IMG/VR virus record: IMGVR_UViG_3300045973_000529 | Span: 126,500 to 190,499 of that record | Strand: one strand, 5' to 3' | Length of the DNA stretch: 64,000 bases | Origin: a virus | Shown here: piece by piece, positions 20,871-30,128 of the stretch | Position numbering within the stretch: position 1 is the first letter of the stretch | How the letters are laid out: each line of letters begins with the position of its first letter | Translations under genes and position numbers: made by a program | The notes under the pieces: model-generated | Seen by the model: only the letters and a program-made list of their open reading frames with translations | What the model was told of the DNA's origin: nothing | Databases searched by the model: none

Positions 20871-20879
20871 GATGCTCTT

Positions 20880-21176
20880 TCAGAGTTGGATGGATTGAAC
20901 AGCCAGCGCGCCACCGTCGGCGAACTGCTTGCGGAAGGCCTTGGTGACGAGCGGAGCGCAGAGCCGGCCGGCGTCGTTGCCAGCGGTCACGGTGCACTTC
21001 AGGGTGGGAAAGCCGACGCAGTAGAAGCTAAGCGCCGCGCCAGTTTCGGCGCAGAGGAATTCGTAGCAGTCAGCGTACTGCGCCGAACGGAGATGCGTGC
21101 CGGGCTTGACTTGGCGTTGACCGTAGCTCACGAGGGCGAAGGTCACGTCGGTCACAAGGTCTTTCATGCGGCTCAT
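20880..21176 (-). CDS. hypothetical early protein
   Basis: First gene under early promoter 21210-21238. Confidence 0.6.
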   Translation of the reverse strand: MSRMKDLVTDVTFALVSYGQRQVKPGTHLRSAQYADCYEFLCAETGAALSFYCVGFPTLKCTVTAGNDAGRLCAPLVTKAFRKQFADGGALAVQSIQL

Positions 21177-21209
21177 GGATTTTGCACCAGTTGGTTTGTC
21201 GATAGAGGT

Positions 21210-21238
21210 ATCTTAACTCGATCCCGAGGAAAGTACAC
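21210..21238 (-). promoter_or_regulatory. early sigma70-type promoter GTGTAC-N17-TAAGAT
   Basis: Exact 17-nt spacer; near-identical copy at 21527-21555. Confidence 0.75.
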
Positions 21239-21257
21239 CAGAGAAGTGTAACAGTTC

Positions 21258-21509
21258 TCAGTACGTGGCAGAGCCCGTGTGGGCGTTCCAGAAGGTCATG
21301 AACTGGATGGCGAACTCTTCACCGCTGCCATTCACGAGGAGACCGAAGCGCTTGGCGTACTCGTACGGACCTTCACGATCGAAGACTTCCTTGATGTCCT
21401 TCAGCGCGCGATCGGTCGTGGTGATCTGATCGGAGCGGAGGTCCATGACCAGGGCTTCAACCATCGGGAACTTTGCGAGATCAGTGGAGGTGGTCATGAT
21501 GTTGCACAT
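21258..21509 (-). CDS. hypothetical early protein
   Basis: Start at ATG 21509 or 21497; lies between the duplicated promoters. Confidence 0.6.
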   Translation of the reverse strand: MCNIMTTSTDLAKFPMVEALVMDLRSDQITTTDRALKDIKEVFDREGPYEYAKRFGLLVNGSGEEFAIQFMTFWNAHTGSATY

Positions 21510-21526
21510 GGTTTGTTGATAGAGGC

Positions 21527-21555
21527 ATCTTATCCCGAACCCGAGAAAAGTACAC
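21527..21555 (-). promoter_or_regulatory. early sigma70-type promoter GTGTAC-N17-TAAGAT
   Basis: Exact 17-nt spacer. Confidence 0.75.
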
Positions 21556-21557
21556 CA

Positions 21558-21800
21558 CTATTCTGTAACGAGGTAGATTTCTTCCGTGAATCGGAAGCCC
21601 GGCATCTCTGGGAAGCACTCGTCTTCTTCGGTGAAGTACACGAGTCCCTTCTTCTCGAGCTTCTTGAAGACCCTCATGCCAGGTACGATCGTGCCGAAAA
21701 CATCGCGGCTATTCCGATCCTCAACGTCGGTCACGAGGCAGGCCCCGCCCTTGTACTTCAAGAAGTCCAAGGCGTTTTGTTCAGCTTCGGAGAGACTCAT
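21558..21800 (-). CDS. hypothetical protein, probably leaderless
   Basis: TGGTACAAT-N6-ATG at 21800. Confidence 0.6.
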   Translation of the reverse strand: MSLSEAEQNALDFLKYKGGACLVTDVEDRNSRDVFGTIVPGMRVFKKLEKKGLVYFTEEDECFPEMPGFRFTEEIYLVTE

Positions 21801-21823
21801 GGTGGAATTGTACCACCAGAGGT

Positions 21824-22456
21824 TCAATCAGGGACGAACCATTCCTGGTAGGTGCCGGGGAACTGCGATGGGTTGTACACCCACGGCATGTCGTTCACTC
21901 GCAGTTTCACGTGCACTTTGAGTTGCTCGAGCGAGCCAAGCATCACGTGACTCACAGCGTGCACAAAGTGCGGTGTCGCTGGGAACAGCACAAGAGTGCC
22001 GCGAACCGGAGTCAGGCTGAAGTTGTACGCGGGGAACTCGAGCTTACCGCCATAGACCTCGAACCGAGGATCCAGCGGTACCGATGCATGAAAGGACTTC
22101 AACCAGATGAAGCCCACCAGATCGATGTCCTTGAACTTCGTCCACTTCTTGCGAAGGAACCTCCAGCCCTCGGCCATGTGGGTTTCGGCTGGGATCTTTG
22201 GATTCTCTTGGTACTGTTGGAACAGCACCAATGGTTCACCGACGATCTGAGCTGCATACCGGCGCTCGATTAGTGGAGCGATAGCGCTCAACTCCGAGAG
22301 CACGTCACCACAGAGCTCCGACACGATACGCTCATGCTTGAGAGGATCACCATTCTCATCTCGATCCGGAACCTTCAGTGCCAGCTGCTTGATGAGCTGC
22401 TCGCACCGAAGCGGCGAAATGAAATCCTCGACGACGTGGAAAGGGGAATGAATCAT
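21824..22456 (-). CDS. 2OG-Fe(II) oxygenase-fold protein (atypical)
   Basis: EDFISPLRCEQLI...YGGKLEFP...GTLVLFP...HFVHAV. Confidence 0.65.
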   Translation of the reverse strand: MIHSPFHVVEDFISPLRCEQLIKQLALKVPDRDENGDPLKHERIVSELCGDVLSELSAIAPLIERRYAAQIVGEPLVLFQQYQENPKIPAETHMAEGWRFLRKKWTKFKDIDLVGFIWLKSFHASVPLDPRFEVYGGKLEFPAYNFSLTPVRGTLVLFPATPHFVHAVSHVMLGSLEQLKVHVKLRVNDMPWVYNPSQFPGTYQEWFVPD

Positions 22457-22656
22457 CCGAGCAGCGTCTGACGCCCAGTGACGGGAGTAGCGCTCTCCCA
22501 GGTCCGCTTCAGCGCCAGCAGTTCGTTCACTGCCAGGTACTTGCCGAAGAAGTCGATGTACGCGCGGCCTTCAAGGACCATGCGCCCCATCATGATGCGG
22601 AGTTGAAGCTTCTCAGCTTCCGTGAGTGATGAGACTGGTGTGTATTGGACGAGCAT
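22453..22656 (-). CDS. hypothetical protein
   Basis: Start re-called at ATG 22656. Confidence 0.5.
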   Translation of the reverse strand: MLVQYTPVSSLTEAEKLQLRIMMGRMVLEGRAYIDFFGKYLAVNELLALKRTWESATPVTGRQTLLG

Positions 22657-22678
22657 CTCTGCCTCTGCTTCTGTTGAG

Positions 22679-23572
22679 TTACTTGAACACGTAGCCTGTT
22701 GCCTTGGTGGCGTACAGGTCCTTGCCCTTCGGATTCTTGCCCGTGAGCTTGTCGCCATCCTTCTTATCGGCGATGTTCACGATGGCAACAACTGTCACCA
22801 TGCCCATGTCACGGCCAGTTTGATCAGCGTGAATGGCGTGCGATGAGCCAACCTTGACACCTGACATTTCACCACTGCTCATGAGCCACATCAGCGAGCC
22901 AGCTTCATCCTTAGCACACAGGAGCGCAGTGCATGCGCCATGATCACGGCGAATGTCTTCGATCGTAGGTGATGAAGGTTCGATGTGCATTGACTTCATG
23001 ATCGCCCATGAACCGCGCCGTTCACGCGCTTCCTTGAGCCACGCACGACCAATCTTCAAGACCGGCGGATTGGCCGTCGTTTCGGAGAGCTGAGCTTGCA
23101 CCCAGTACGTCGCACCTTCGAGCTCCAGATCGACACCAGTGAAGATTGGGTCGTTGCCAGTCGCAGCTGGCCAGAAGGCATACTGCGACTCGTTCAGGGT
23201 GTACACAGTGCGAGCTGCAACAGTGACCGAGCTCGGGTGCAGCGTCAGACCAGCGCCATCGACAATCTCAACGATGACGCGTTCATTGGAGACGAGGGCT
23301 TCCATCTTGGTGGGATCGAGCGGATCCTCGTCGTCAGCTGGTGCATCGTCCTTCGGCTCCTTGTCAGCCTTTTCCGAGGGCTGCTCGTCTTCAGGAGCCT
23401 TTGGCTCTGCTTCTTCCTCGTCATCGGCACCCGCAAGGGCACCAAGAAAATCAACGAGCTTCGCAGTGGCTGAGTTCAGCACACGAACCTCGAAACCAGC
23501 GTCTTGCAGCAAGTCAACTGCCTTGCCGATTGCTGGATCCTTGTCGGATGAAATGAGTACGATTGGGTGCAT
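22679..23572 (-). CDS. hypothetical late protein with acidic linker
   Basis: 297 aa, in the operon under TAAATA 24210-24215. Confidence 0.6.
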   Translation of the reverse strand: MHPIVLISSDKDPAIGKAVDLLQDAGFEVRVLNSATAKLVDFLGALAGADDEEEAEPKAPEDEQPSEKADKEPKDDAPADDEDPLDPTKMEALVSNERVIVEIVDGAGLTLHPSSVTVAARTVYTLNESQYAFWPAATGNDPIFTGVDLELEGATYWVQAQLSETTANPPVLKIGRAWLKEARERRGSWAIMKSMHIEPSSPTIEDIRRDHGACTALLCAKDEAGSLMWLMSSGEMSGVKVGSSHAIHADQTGRDMGMVTVVAIVNIADKKDGDKLTGKNPKGKDLYATKATGYVFK

Positions 23573-23574
23573 GA

Positions 23575-24183
23575 TCAGTCCTTCATGGTGATGCGAGTGA
23601 TCTTCGCATTCTTGTACTTGGCCTTGAACGGACCGGTTTGTGAGGTGTTCACGTCAAACACATGCTTGGCATGTGCCTTGTCCTTGACAGCATTGACGTT
23701 GATAGTAGTGGAGGCACGACCTGAACCTGACGGATCGTCGTACGAAATCAAGACTGCGGCAGTCTTCTTGCCAGCCGACTCAGTGATGCCAGCCATCTCG
23801 CGAGCACGCTTGCCGGCGTAGAAAGCTTCCATGATCTCGGTGTAGTCTTCTGGCTTGTCGAGTTCCTCAACCACGTGCGGCGTCAGACCTTCAGCTTCGC
23901 AAGCGAGCTTGCACTTGTCGAGGGACAGACGCTTGATGAGTTTGTAGCTCTTGCAGACGCCAGCACCATGGTCATTCACGTTGACGTTCAGCACCAGATC
24001 GATGAGTACCTGCGGATCAGTTGGCGAGTAGTTCACGATGCTCGCTGAATCAGCGTACACATTGATGTGATCACACTGTGCGGTGTCGACATCTGCCGGC
24101 ACGACAGCAGCTGCAGTCATGTCGACGACTGGACCGACTGAACTGATTGGAAGATTGATGGCGAATTCATTGACGGTTGACAT
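23575..24183 (-). CDS. hypothetical late protein
   Basis: Start re-called at ATG 24183 (SD GGAG), downstream of TAAATA. Confidence 0.6.
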   Translation of the reverse strand: MSTVNEFAINLPISSVGPVVDMTAAAVVPADVDTAQCDHINVYADSASIVNYSPTDPQVLIDLVLNVNVNDHGAGVCKSYKLIKRLSLDKCKLACEAEGLTPHVVEELDKPEDYTEIMEAFYAGKRAREMAGITESAGKKTAAVLISYDDPSGSGRASTTINVNAVKDKAHAKHVFDVNTSQTGPFKAKYKNAKITRITMKD

Positions 24184-24209
24184 TGGGGCTCCGTGTGGAC
24201 GCTGTTGCC

Positions 24210-24215
24210 TATTTA
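24210..24215 (-). promoter_or_regulatory. late promoter core TAAATA overlapping the exonuclease stop codon
   Basis: TATTTA on the + strand. Confidence 0.7.
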
Positions 24216-24902
24216 CGCCACCTTGCCAAGGATCTTGTCCCAACAGATCTTGATGCGTCGTTCTAGCTCAGGATACTCTGGTTCCAAGTCAATGATGAAC
24301 TCGAGTGGAAAGCCGGTCTGAGCCACCATCAGAATCACACCTTGCTTGACGCTCGTACCGAAGAGCTCATTATGTGCTCGAGCGTAGAATGCGAGCTGAA
24401 GCTGGTAGTCAGCGATGTCTGCTTTGCCCTTGAGCTTGTTCATCGCCGTCTTGAAGTCGATGATGGAAGGAACTCCCTTGTATTCGCCCATGCAGTCGAA
24501 GCGACCGGCCACCTCAAGGGTCGGTGAGTACACTGACTGCTCCTGACCCCAGACCTCGGTGATGTTCCTGAGCTTGAGCTTCAGCGCATTGAACGCGGAT
24601 TTGTCAACATCAGGAACCGGCTTACCGTCGACTAGCGCAAAGACTTCTTCCTTCTTCAGGAAGCGTTCAACAAGCAAGTGCACCATCGTGCCGTGATCAG
24701 CACTCGCCTTCGTAACCGCCGCGGCTTTTTCCCGCCCCAAAGAATTGCGCCAGTTTTCTAGCGATGCGGTTTTCTCCGGTGGTTCTGACTGCCCAAGCAC
24801 CGTGGTGATGGATGGGAAGGCACCATGTGGAGTGTGATAGAACCGAAGTCCCATCGACATTTCAGCGGGGTAGTCGACATACGGGAACTTGTTCATCACC
24901 AT
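24213..24902 (-). CDS. PD-(D/E)XK exonuclease
   Basis: PSITTVLG...GTMVH...AGRFDC...IIDFKT...QLAFY. Confidence 0.85.
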   Translation of the reverse strand: MVMNKFPYVDYPAEMSMGLRFYHTPHGAFPSITTVLGQSEPPEKTASLENWRNSLGREKAAAVTKASADHGTMVHLLVERFLKKEEVFALVDGKPVPDVDKSAFNALKLKLRNITEVWGQEQSVYSPTLEVAGRFDCMGEYKGVPSIIDFKTAMNKLKGKADIADYQLQLAFYARAHNELFGTSVKQGVILMVAQTGFPLEFIIDLEPEYPELERRIKICWDKILGKVA

Positions 24903-25054
24903 CCGAGCTTCTCAGCCCGCTCCAAGACGCGTTTCAGAATGTCAGCCTCTTCCTGGGTCTTAGCCCCAGCAGGCCAATCAGGATTGCGAGAAACCGGCTG
25001 AGGCTCTTTTGGAGCCTCAGGATTGCGCACAGGGAACGGAATGACGTTTGACAT
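24896..25054 (-). CDS. 52-aa protein, probably leaderless
   Basis: TGTTACAAT-N6-ATG 25054 (MSNVIPFP...); stop overlaps the exonuclease start. Confidence 0.6.
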   Translation of the reverse strand: MSNVIPFPVRNPEAPKEPQPVSRNPDWPAGAKTQEEADILKRVLERAEKLGW

Positions 25055-25180
25055 GTGCAAATTGTAACAAGTCACTGAAGGCCTGCTACTGAGCTTAGGG
25101 TCATCGAAGTCCGATGCGCTTACCGAGTTGTGACCAGATGAGGCGCAGCAGCGCATCATCCAGCCAAGCTTGTAGCTTCC

Positions 25181-27712
25181 TCATTCGCGCCAGCCCTTAG
25201 GACGACCGCCCTGCTTGAGGTTCACAGTGCGCAACATGTTCGCGTACTTCAGCGCGTCCTTGTAGCCGGCTTCGTCATCAGTGAAGTACTTCGTGTGCAG
25301 CTCGCCATCGAACGGACCGTCGATGCCGACTCGCAGAGTCTTCATGCCTTCCTTCTGAATGTCGATACCGACTGTCAGCACCGTCTCTTCATGATTGCCA
25401 CCTGGGTAGGTGGCCATGTGAGCAGGACCTGCAGCTGGTTCGTCAAGCTTGAAGTAGTGCGCATCAGCACGGGTCATCGCTTCGAGCTCATTGAATGCTT
25501 CATTCAGAGTCGATTCACCGAGACCGCCAGTGCCGCCATCAGGGAAGCCAGTGACGTACACGGTGGTGCCACGCACGGTGCAAGTGACATCATGCTTGTC
25601 GAGCTCGCGAGCAATCATCTCGGCAACTTCTGTTCGCGCAGTACGCAGATAGTTGTCAACGCATCCGAACTTGACGTTCATGTTCTTGCGCAACCAGCTA
25701 TTCACAGCGGTCATCGACATCATTGGGTGCATACGCTCTTCAACGACTGGCTCTTGCTGTGCTTGTGCAACAGGCTTCTTCACACCCAGTAGTCCAATCA
25801 ACGCTTCAATCTTCTGGTCCACCATTGAGCGCTGCTTCAGGCTGTTGCCAACATCTTCCAGCCCCTTCTTCAGCTGGGGCGCGCGATAGCTCAGATGCTC
25901 TTCAGGAACACCAAGAGCTCGAAGGAGCTCGATGGCTGCCTTGGCGTATGGGTTCGTCGACTTCACAGGGTTCAACTCGTCGATGCGCGACAGGAACCGG
26001 CTTCCAACCGTGTTCTCAACAACGTCCTTGCCAGGCTTCTTCTTTGGGTGCAGATCGGCTTCAGTATCGGCCAGATCTTCAGGAGCTTCAGAGCCATGCA
26101 CACCGAGTCGATTGGCAAGCATCACAAGCTTCGCCTTCAGTTCACCATGTTGGTCAACAGCCAGCGCTGCCTTTGCGATGAACGGTGCCAGAACGCCGGG
26201 ACCCTTCACAGTGATGAGACCCTCTGGAAGACCAAGAGCAACCAGAACCGCTTCAAGCTTCTTCTGGGTCGCTGCACCGCGCTTTGGGTCATGCTTCTCT
26301 GCAAGCTCCGCCTTCGTGACCTTTGGCACCGTGAGCGTGTAGCCCAGCGCAGTACCGAAGGCGTTGTAGAAGTCGTTGAAGGCGTTCTTCGCGGATGCAT
26401 TCTTGCGCAGCATGTCGCCAGCAGCACGAACGCGGTCAATCGCGTCAGGCTCATTCTTCAACAGTCGTCCAACGATACCAGACATCGCGAACAGAGCAAT
26501 GATCTTCTTCTCGATTGGGCGCTTCAGCTGCATGATCAGCTGCTTGTGTCCAGTTTCGAGAGGAATGTTCATCCCATCCTTCACCGAGTCGGTTTCGGTT
26601 GCCTTGGCTTCGTTCATTCGAGCCAAGAAGTTTGATCCAATGGTCATGTCAAAATCCTCAACGAGTTTCGGAGTGTACTTGTAGCTGGCAGTAGCACCAG
26701 CACGGTTCTTTTCCCTTGTGAGCCGTGCTGCTTCGAGCTCTGCCGCTTCGGCACTCTCAAAGTACGCAACTTCACCTGCACGCTTCAGCGGTGCAGACCG
26801 CAAGCCATTCGTGTCGCCAGAGATGGTCGACATGATCACGTACTTGCCCTTGTTTCCTTGTGCTTGGGCCGCATCCAGGTGCGCTTGAACTTCTTCACGA
26901 GCACCTTCAGCGAGTTTTCCCAGCAACGTGAATCCTTCTTCGGTGACGCCAGAGCCAAGCGAATCAAGATCGTCAAGTGACGGTTCCTTGTCCTCTTTCT
27001 TCTTCTTGCGCATCACTGGGTTGCCGTCCTTGTCGAGCTTCTGGGTGCCATCATCGTTCAGCACTGGCTCAAGTTCATCTTCCTCATCAGTGTCTTCGTC
27101 GGTCGATGCTTCAAGCTCACCCTTGCGAGGCACGTCAATGATCTCCTCTTCACCATCAGCAACTGGTTCATCAGCAACCGCTTCGGTCTCATCAGCTGGC
27201 GGAACATCAATGATCTCTTCATCGCCCGCTGCTTCCTCTTCCGGAGGCAGCTCATCGGTGATCTCAGCATCGATCGACAGATCAGCGTCCGGATCCTCTT
27301 CACCGGCGGTCGGGTCAGTTGGCCACACGACGTCGACGATGTCGAACTTCTGAGCCAGCTGGTTGATGGCTTCTTCCGTGTCGCCTTCAAGACCGAGGAG
27401 CTTCGACAGTTCTTGCTCGAACTGATCGGCGTCCTGCTGGTTCACGTACACCTTGATGATGTCGCCATCGTCCGTTTCAATCGCGAAGCCGACAGACTCG
27501 ACTTCGTCGTTCAGGTCCTGGGCACGCTCGAGGTAGTCGTTCACGTCAGAGCCAGTTACCTGACCGTCGGCGTTGATGGTGTTCCGCATCAGCGAGAAGC
27601 CGACATTCACCGGCTTGGAGGACATGTCCTGCGCACCAGCCGTTGAACCGTCGCTGGTCTTCAGATCGGCTTGGATGCTGCCCTTGGAGAGTTCTTTGAG
27701 GAGAGTGGTCAC
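25181..27712 (-). CDS. 843-aa multidomain acidic protein, putative head-internal protein
   Basis: Long Asp/Glu-rich tract; many internal [LV]xE sites; GTGA-coupled to the upstream late gene. Confidence 0.6.
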   Translation of the reverse strand: MTTLLKELSKGSIQADLKTSDGSTAGAQDMSSKPVNVGFSLMRNTINADGQVTGSDVNDYLERAQDLNDEVESVGFAIETDDGDIIKVYVNQQDADQFEQELSKLLGLEGDTEEAINQLAQKFDIVDVVWPTDPTAGEEDPDADLSIDAEITDELPPEEEAAGDEEIIDVPPADETEAVADEPVADGEEEIIDVPRKGELEASTDEDTDEEDELEPVLNDDGTQKLDKDGNPVMRKKKKEDKEPSLDDLDSLGSGVTEEGFTLLGKLAEGAREEVQAHLDAAQAQGNKGKYVIMSTISGDTNGLRSAPLKRAGEVAYFESAEAAELEAARLTREKNRAGATASYKYTPKLVEDFDMTIGSNFLARMNEAKATETDSVKDGMNIPLETGHKQLIMQLKRPIEKKIIALFAMSGIVGRLLKNEPDAIDRVRAAGDMLRKNASAKNAFNDFYNAFGTALGYTLTVPKVTKAELAEKHDPKRGAATQKKLEAVLVALGLPEGLITVKGPGVLAPFIAKAALAVDQHGELKAKLVMLANRLGVHGSEAPEDLADTEADLHPKKKPGKDVVENTVGSRFLSRIDELNPVKSTNPYAKAAIELLRALGVPEEHLSYRAPQLKKGLEDVGNSLKQRSMVDQKIEALIGLLGVKKPVAQAQQEPVVEERMHPMMSMTAVNSWLRKNMNVKFGCVDNYLRTARTEVAEMIARELDKHDVTCTVRGTTVYVTGFPDGGTGGLGESTLNEAFNELEAMTRADAHYFKLDEPAAGPAHMATYPGGNHEETVLTVGIDIQKEGMKTLRVGIDGPFDGELHTKYFTDDEAGYKDALKYANMLRTVNLKQGGRPKGWRE

Positions 27713-30054
27713 TTGACGTCCTTGTAGTTCCGTGGATCCTTGTGCTTGCGAGTCAAGGCAAGGAACTCCTTCGATTGATTTCGCCGACGCATCTCGGTCT
27801 TGCGGTTGTTGCCGAGTCCAGTCGGAACGGCTGAGATTGCACCGGCGTTTGTTGCTCCATTGGCTGGAACGCTGACTGGAACACCAGCTCCGGAATCAGC
27901 ACCTGCATCTCCGCCTTCACCCTCTTCGGTGAGGGCTGCGATGCGCTTCAACAGGCCTTCAGTTACCACGTCTTCATCCTTCAAGTCATGCGCAATCGGC
28001 TTCAGCCGAGGGTAGAGGCGCGAGTTCGGTACAAACTGCCGCACAAATGCAGACAGCTTCTTGATGAAGCTCTTCTGCTCAGCCACATCGAGTTCTGGAA
28101 ACCGGATCGACAGATCAAGCAGGCTATTTACACGCTCAGTCCGAACACCGGACAGATCGATGAGTCGCTGCAGCATTCGACGGTGATCAGACCACTGAAT
28201 CTTGCGTTCGCCGTTCGCGCTGAAGTCCAGGTGAAAGTACTTCCACCACGGGGCTGGGATCTTCTTCGTGATGGCCAGCACTTCAAGACGTGTCTTTGGT
28301 GTCAGGTGATCTTCGAGCTCTGGCTTGGCAGCGCGCCACACGGCGTACCCCCAGTGATTCAGCGGGCTCATCTCATCGTCATGCTTCAAGAGCCGCCAGT
28401 TCTTCCGGTCACGAAGGAAGCGCAGGCCAATCATGTCCTGTGAGTGCACGACCAACATGCTCATGAACACGGTACCGAGGAACGCATTCACGAGGTGCCA
28501 GGTGTCTCGACGATTGAAGTCAGCGAGGCTGATCTCGGTGGCCGGAGCATGCTTCTTCTTTGGCTTGCCCTTCTCGAGCAACAGTCCTTCACCAAGCTTC
28601 TCAGCATGAACTGCTCGAGCTGCTGAACCGTACAGCACAGCCAGCAGACCAGCCAGTGACTTCGTGCCCTTGAGCTTGTCGAACAGCTCCTTCAGGTTCC
28701 GATGCGCTTCAGCAAAGGTCAACAGCGTCTTCTTCACGGTCTCGTCTGACAGACCGATCTCCTTGCCGTTCTTCAGCTGGAGCTTGTAGTTCCCGTGATC
28801 GGTCTTGAAGGCCTCAAGCTTGTCGCCGAGCTCCTTGTACGTCTCGGAGGCGATGGCGAGGATCTTCTTCTTCACCGCTTCGTGATCCGTGAGCGATGAC
28901 ATTGACTTCGCGAGGTTCTTGATTGTCTCTTCAGCGCTATCGCCCTTCACCGGCTCCATGGCCTTGCGGACATTGGATGCCTTGGCGAGCTCACGGTTTC
29001 CCAGAGCCTCAGCGAAGCGGATTCGCATCTGACCTAGCAGACCACCGCGGGCTTCCAACGGAGCGTCAGGATCAGTGGTGTTCAGGGCCGACTGGACCTC
29101 ACCACGTGGCGTCTGGTTGAACTTGTTGATGGCAGTGAAGACGTCACGATCGACGATCTTGACTTGATTGCCACTGGCATCGCGGAGCACGATGCCCTCG
29201 ATGCCAACATCCTCGTCCGGCTTGATGTCATCGGCAGCGAGTCCCGACTTGCGGTGCAGCTTCGACAGCAGCGCCGCCTTGATTGGGAGCTGGTAGTCGT
29301 TCAGGAGCGTCGTGAGCAGCGCTTCCTTGGCTGGCTTGAACCCGCTCTTCAGCTCCTTCGGGACTGAGCTGACCATCGTGGTCGCAAGCTTCAGGTTCGA
29401 GAAGTTGCTGAAGCCTGACGGCTTCTTGAGGAAGGCATCGAGCTTGTCGAGCATCGGCTCGATGCCTGCATCAGCCTTGAGCTTCTTGGTGTCGAGCTTA
29501 TGGGGTGACACGAACTGGAACGTCACCGAGATGTTCGTGGTCGACAGCTCCTTGCCATCAGCCGTGTCGACGACGTCGACCTTGGCTTCAGCCTGCTGGT
29601 TCACAAGGCTCGAGGCGAGGTGATCGGCAATCTCGTTTGGCGTGTCATTCACACCGCGTAGGAACGCGACGAAGGACATTCCGTGTGCACCATACGTGAC
29701 ACTATTAGGTTGGCGACCGAACAACACCTCGGCCTCAACCGTGTCGCCAGGGCGCAGTACGCGTTGAATCTCCTGGCTCTTAGCTGCAATGGCAGCGTGC
29801 GCAGCACGGAACTGGTTGAACGCTGAGATGAGCGGCCAGTCCTCCGGAGTGTACCGTCGTTCAGCACCGTTCCGCTTCCCTTCGCGGGATGTGAACAGCT
29901 TTCCCTCTTCATCTGACCCGACCCAGAGCTGAGCACCGTCAAGCTTCTCCTGAGCAGCCATCGTGGCCATATTCCGGAGCGTGTCGACGAACTCGTCGAT
30001 TGGAAGGTCCTCGATGTGAGTGATGCCTTCGGTGAGGATTCGTTGGATGTGCAT
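27709..30054 (-). CDS. covalent nucleotidyltransferase (RNA/DNA ligase-fold) with long C-terminal extension
   Basis: Motif I EKLDG, III EAEVLF, IIIa AFLR, IV EGIVLR, V VKIVD. Confidence 0.7.
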   Translation of the reverse strand: MHIQRILTEGITHIEDLPIDEFVDTLRNMATMAAQEKLDGAQLWVGSDEEGKLFTSREGKRNGAERRYTPEDWPLISAFNQFRAAHAAIAAKSQEIQRVLRPGDTVEAEVLFGRQPNSVTYGAHGMSFVAFLRGVNDTPNEIADHLASSLVNQQAEAKVDVVDTADGKELSTTNISVTFQFVSPHKLDTKKLKADAGIEPMLDKLDAFLKKPSGFSNFSNLKLATTMVSSVPKELKSGFKPAKEALLTTLLNDYQLPIKAALLSKLHRKSGLAADDIKPDEDVGIEGIVLRDASGNQVKIVDRDVFTAINKFNQTPRGEVQSALNTTDPDAPLEARGGLLGQMRIRFAEALGNRELAKASNVRKAMEPVKGDSAEETIKNLAKSMSSLTDHEAVKKKILAIASETYKELGDKLEAFKTDHGNYKLQLKNGKEIGLSDETVKKTLLTFAEAHRNLKELFDKLKGTKSLAGLLAVLYGSAARAVHAEKLGEGLLLEKGKPKKKHAPATEISLADFNRRDTWHLVNAFLGTVFMSMLVVHSQDMIGLRFLRDRKNWRLLKHDDEMSPLNHWGYAVWRAAKPELEDHLTPKTRLEVLAITKKIPAPWWKYFHLDFSANGERKIQWSDHRRMLQRLIDLSGVRTERVNSLLDLSIRFPELDVAEQKSFIKKLSAFVRQFVPNSRLYPRLKPIAHDLKDEDVVTEGLLKRIAALTEEGEGGDAGADSGAGVPVSVPANGATNAGAISAVPTGLGNNRKTEMRRRNQSKEFLALTRKHKDPRNYKDVK

Positions 30055-30058
30055 CGAC

Positions 30059-30064
30059 TATTTA
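30059..30064 (-). promoter_or_regulatory. late promoter core TAAATA
   Basis: 4 nt upstream of ATG 30054. Confidence 0.7.
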
Positions 30065-30078
30065 GGTCCGGATGCACA

Positions 30079-30100
30079 CAAGGGACCCGAAGGTCCCTTG
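30079..30100 (-). terminator. hairpin with UUCG loop (probable terminator)
   Basis: CAAGGGACC-TTCG-GGTCCCTTG on the - strand after the lipoprotein gene; U-tract is weak. Confidence 0.6.
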
Positions 30101-30128
30101 CTATTCGTCGGCTAATGCCGACAGGGCG

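Noticed and set aside
20359-20997. Track start sites for several ORFs (e.g. 20997, 24243, 31711, 43055, 52049, 58121, 58506)
   Set aside because: They extend across promoters or upstream genes; downstream ATGs with SD, -10 or coupling evidence were used instead.
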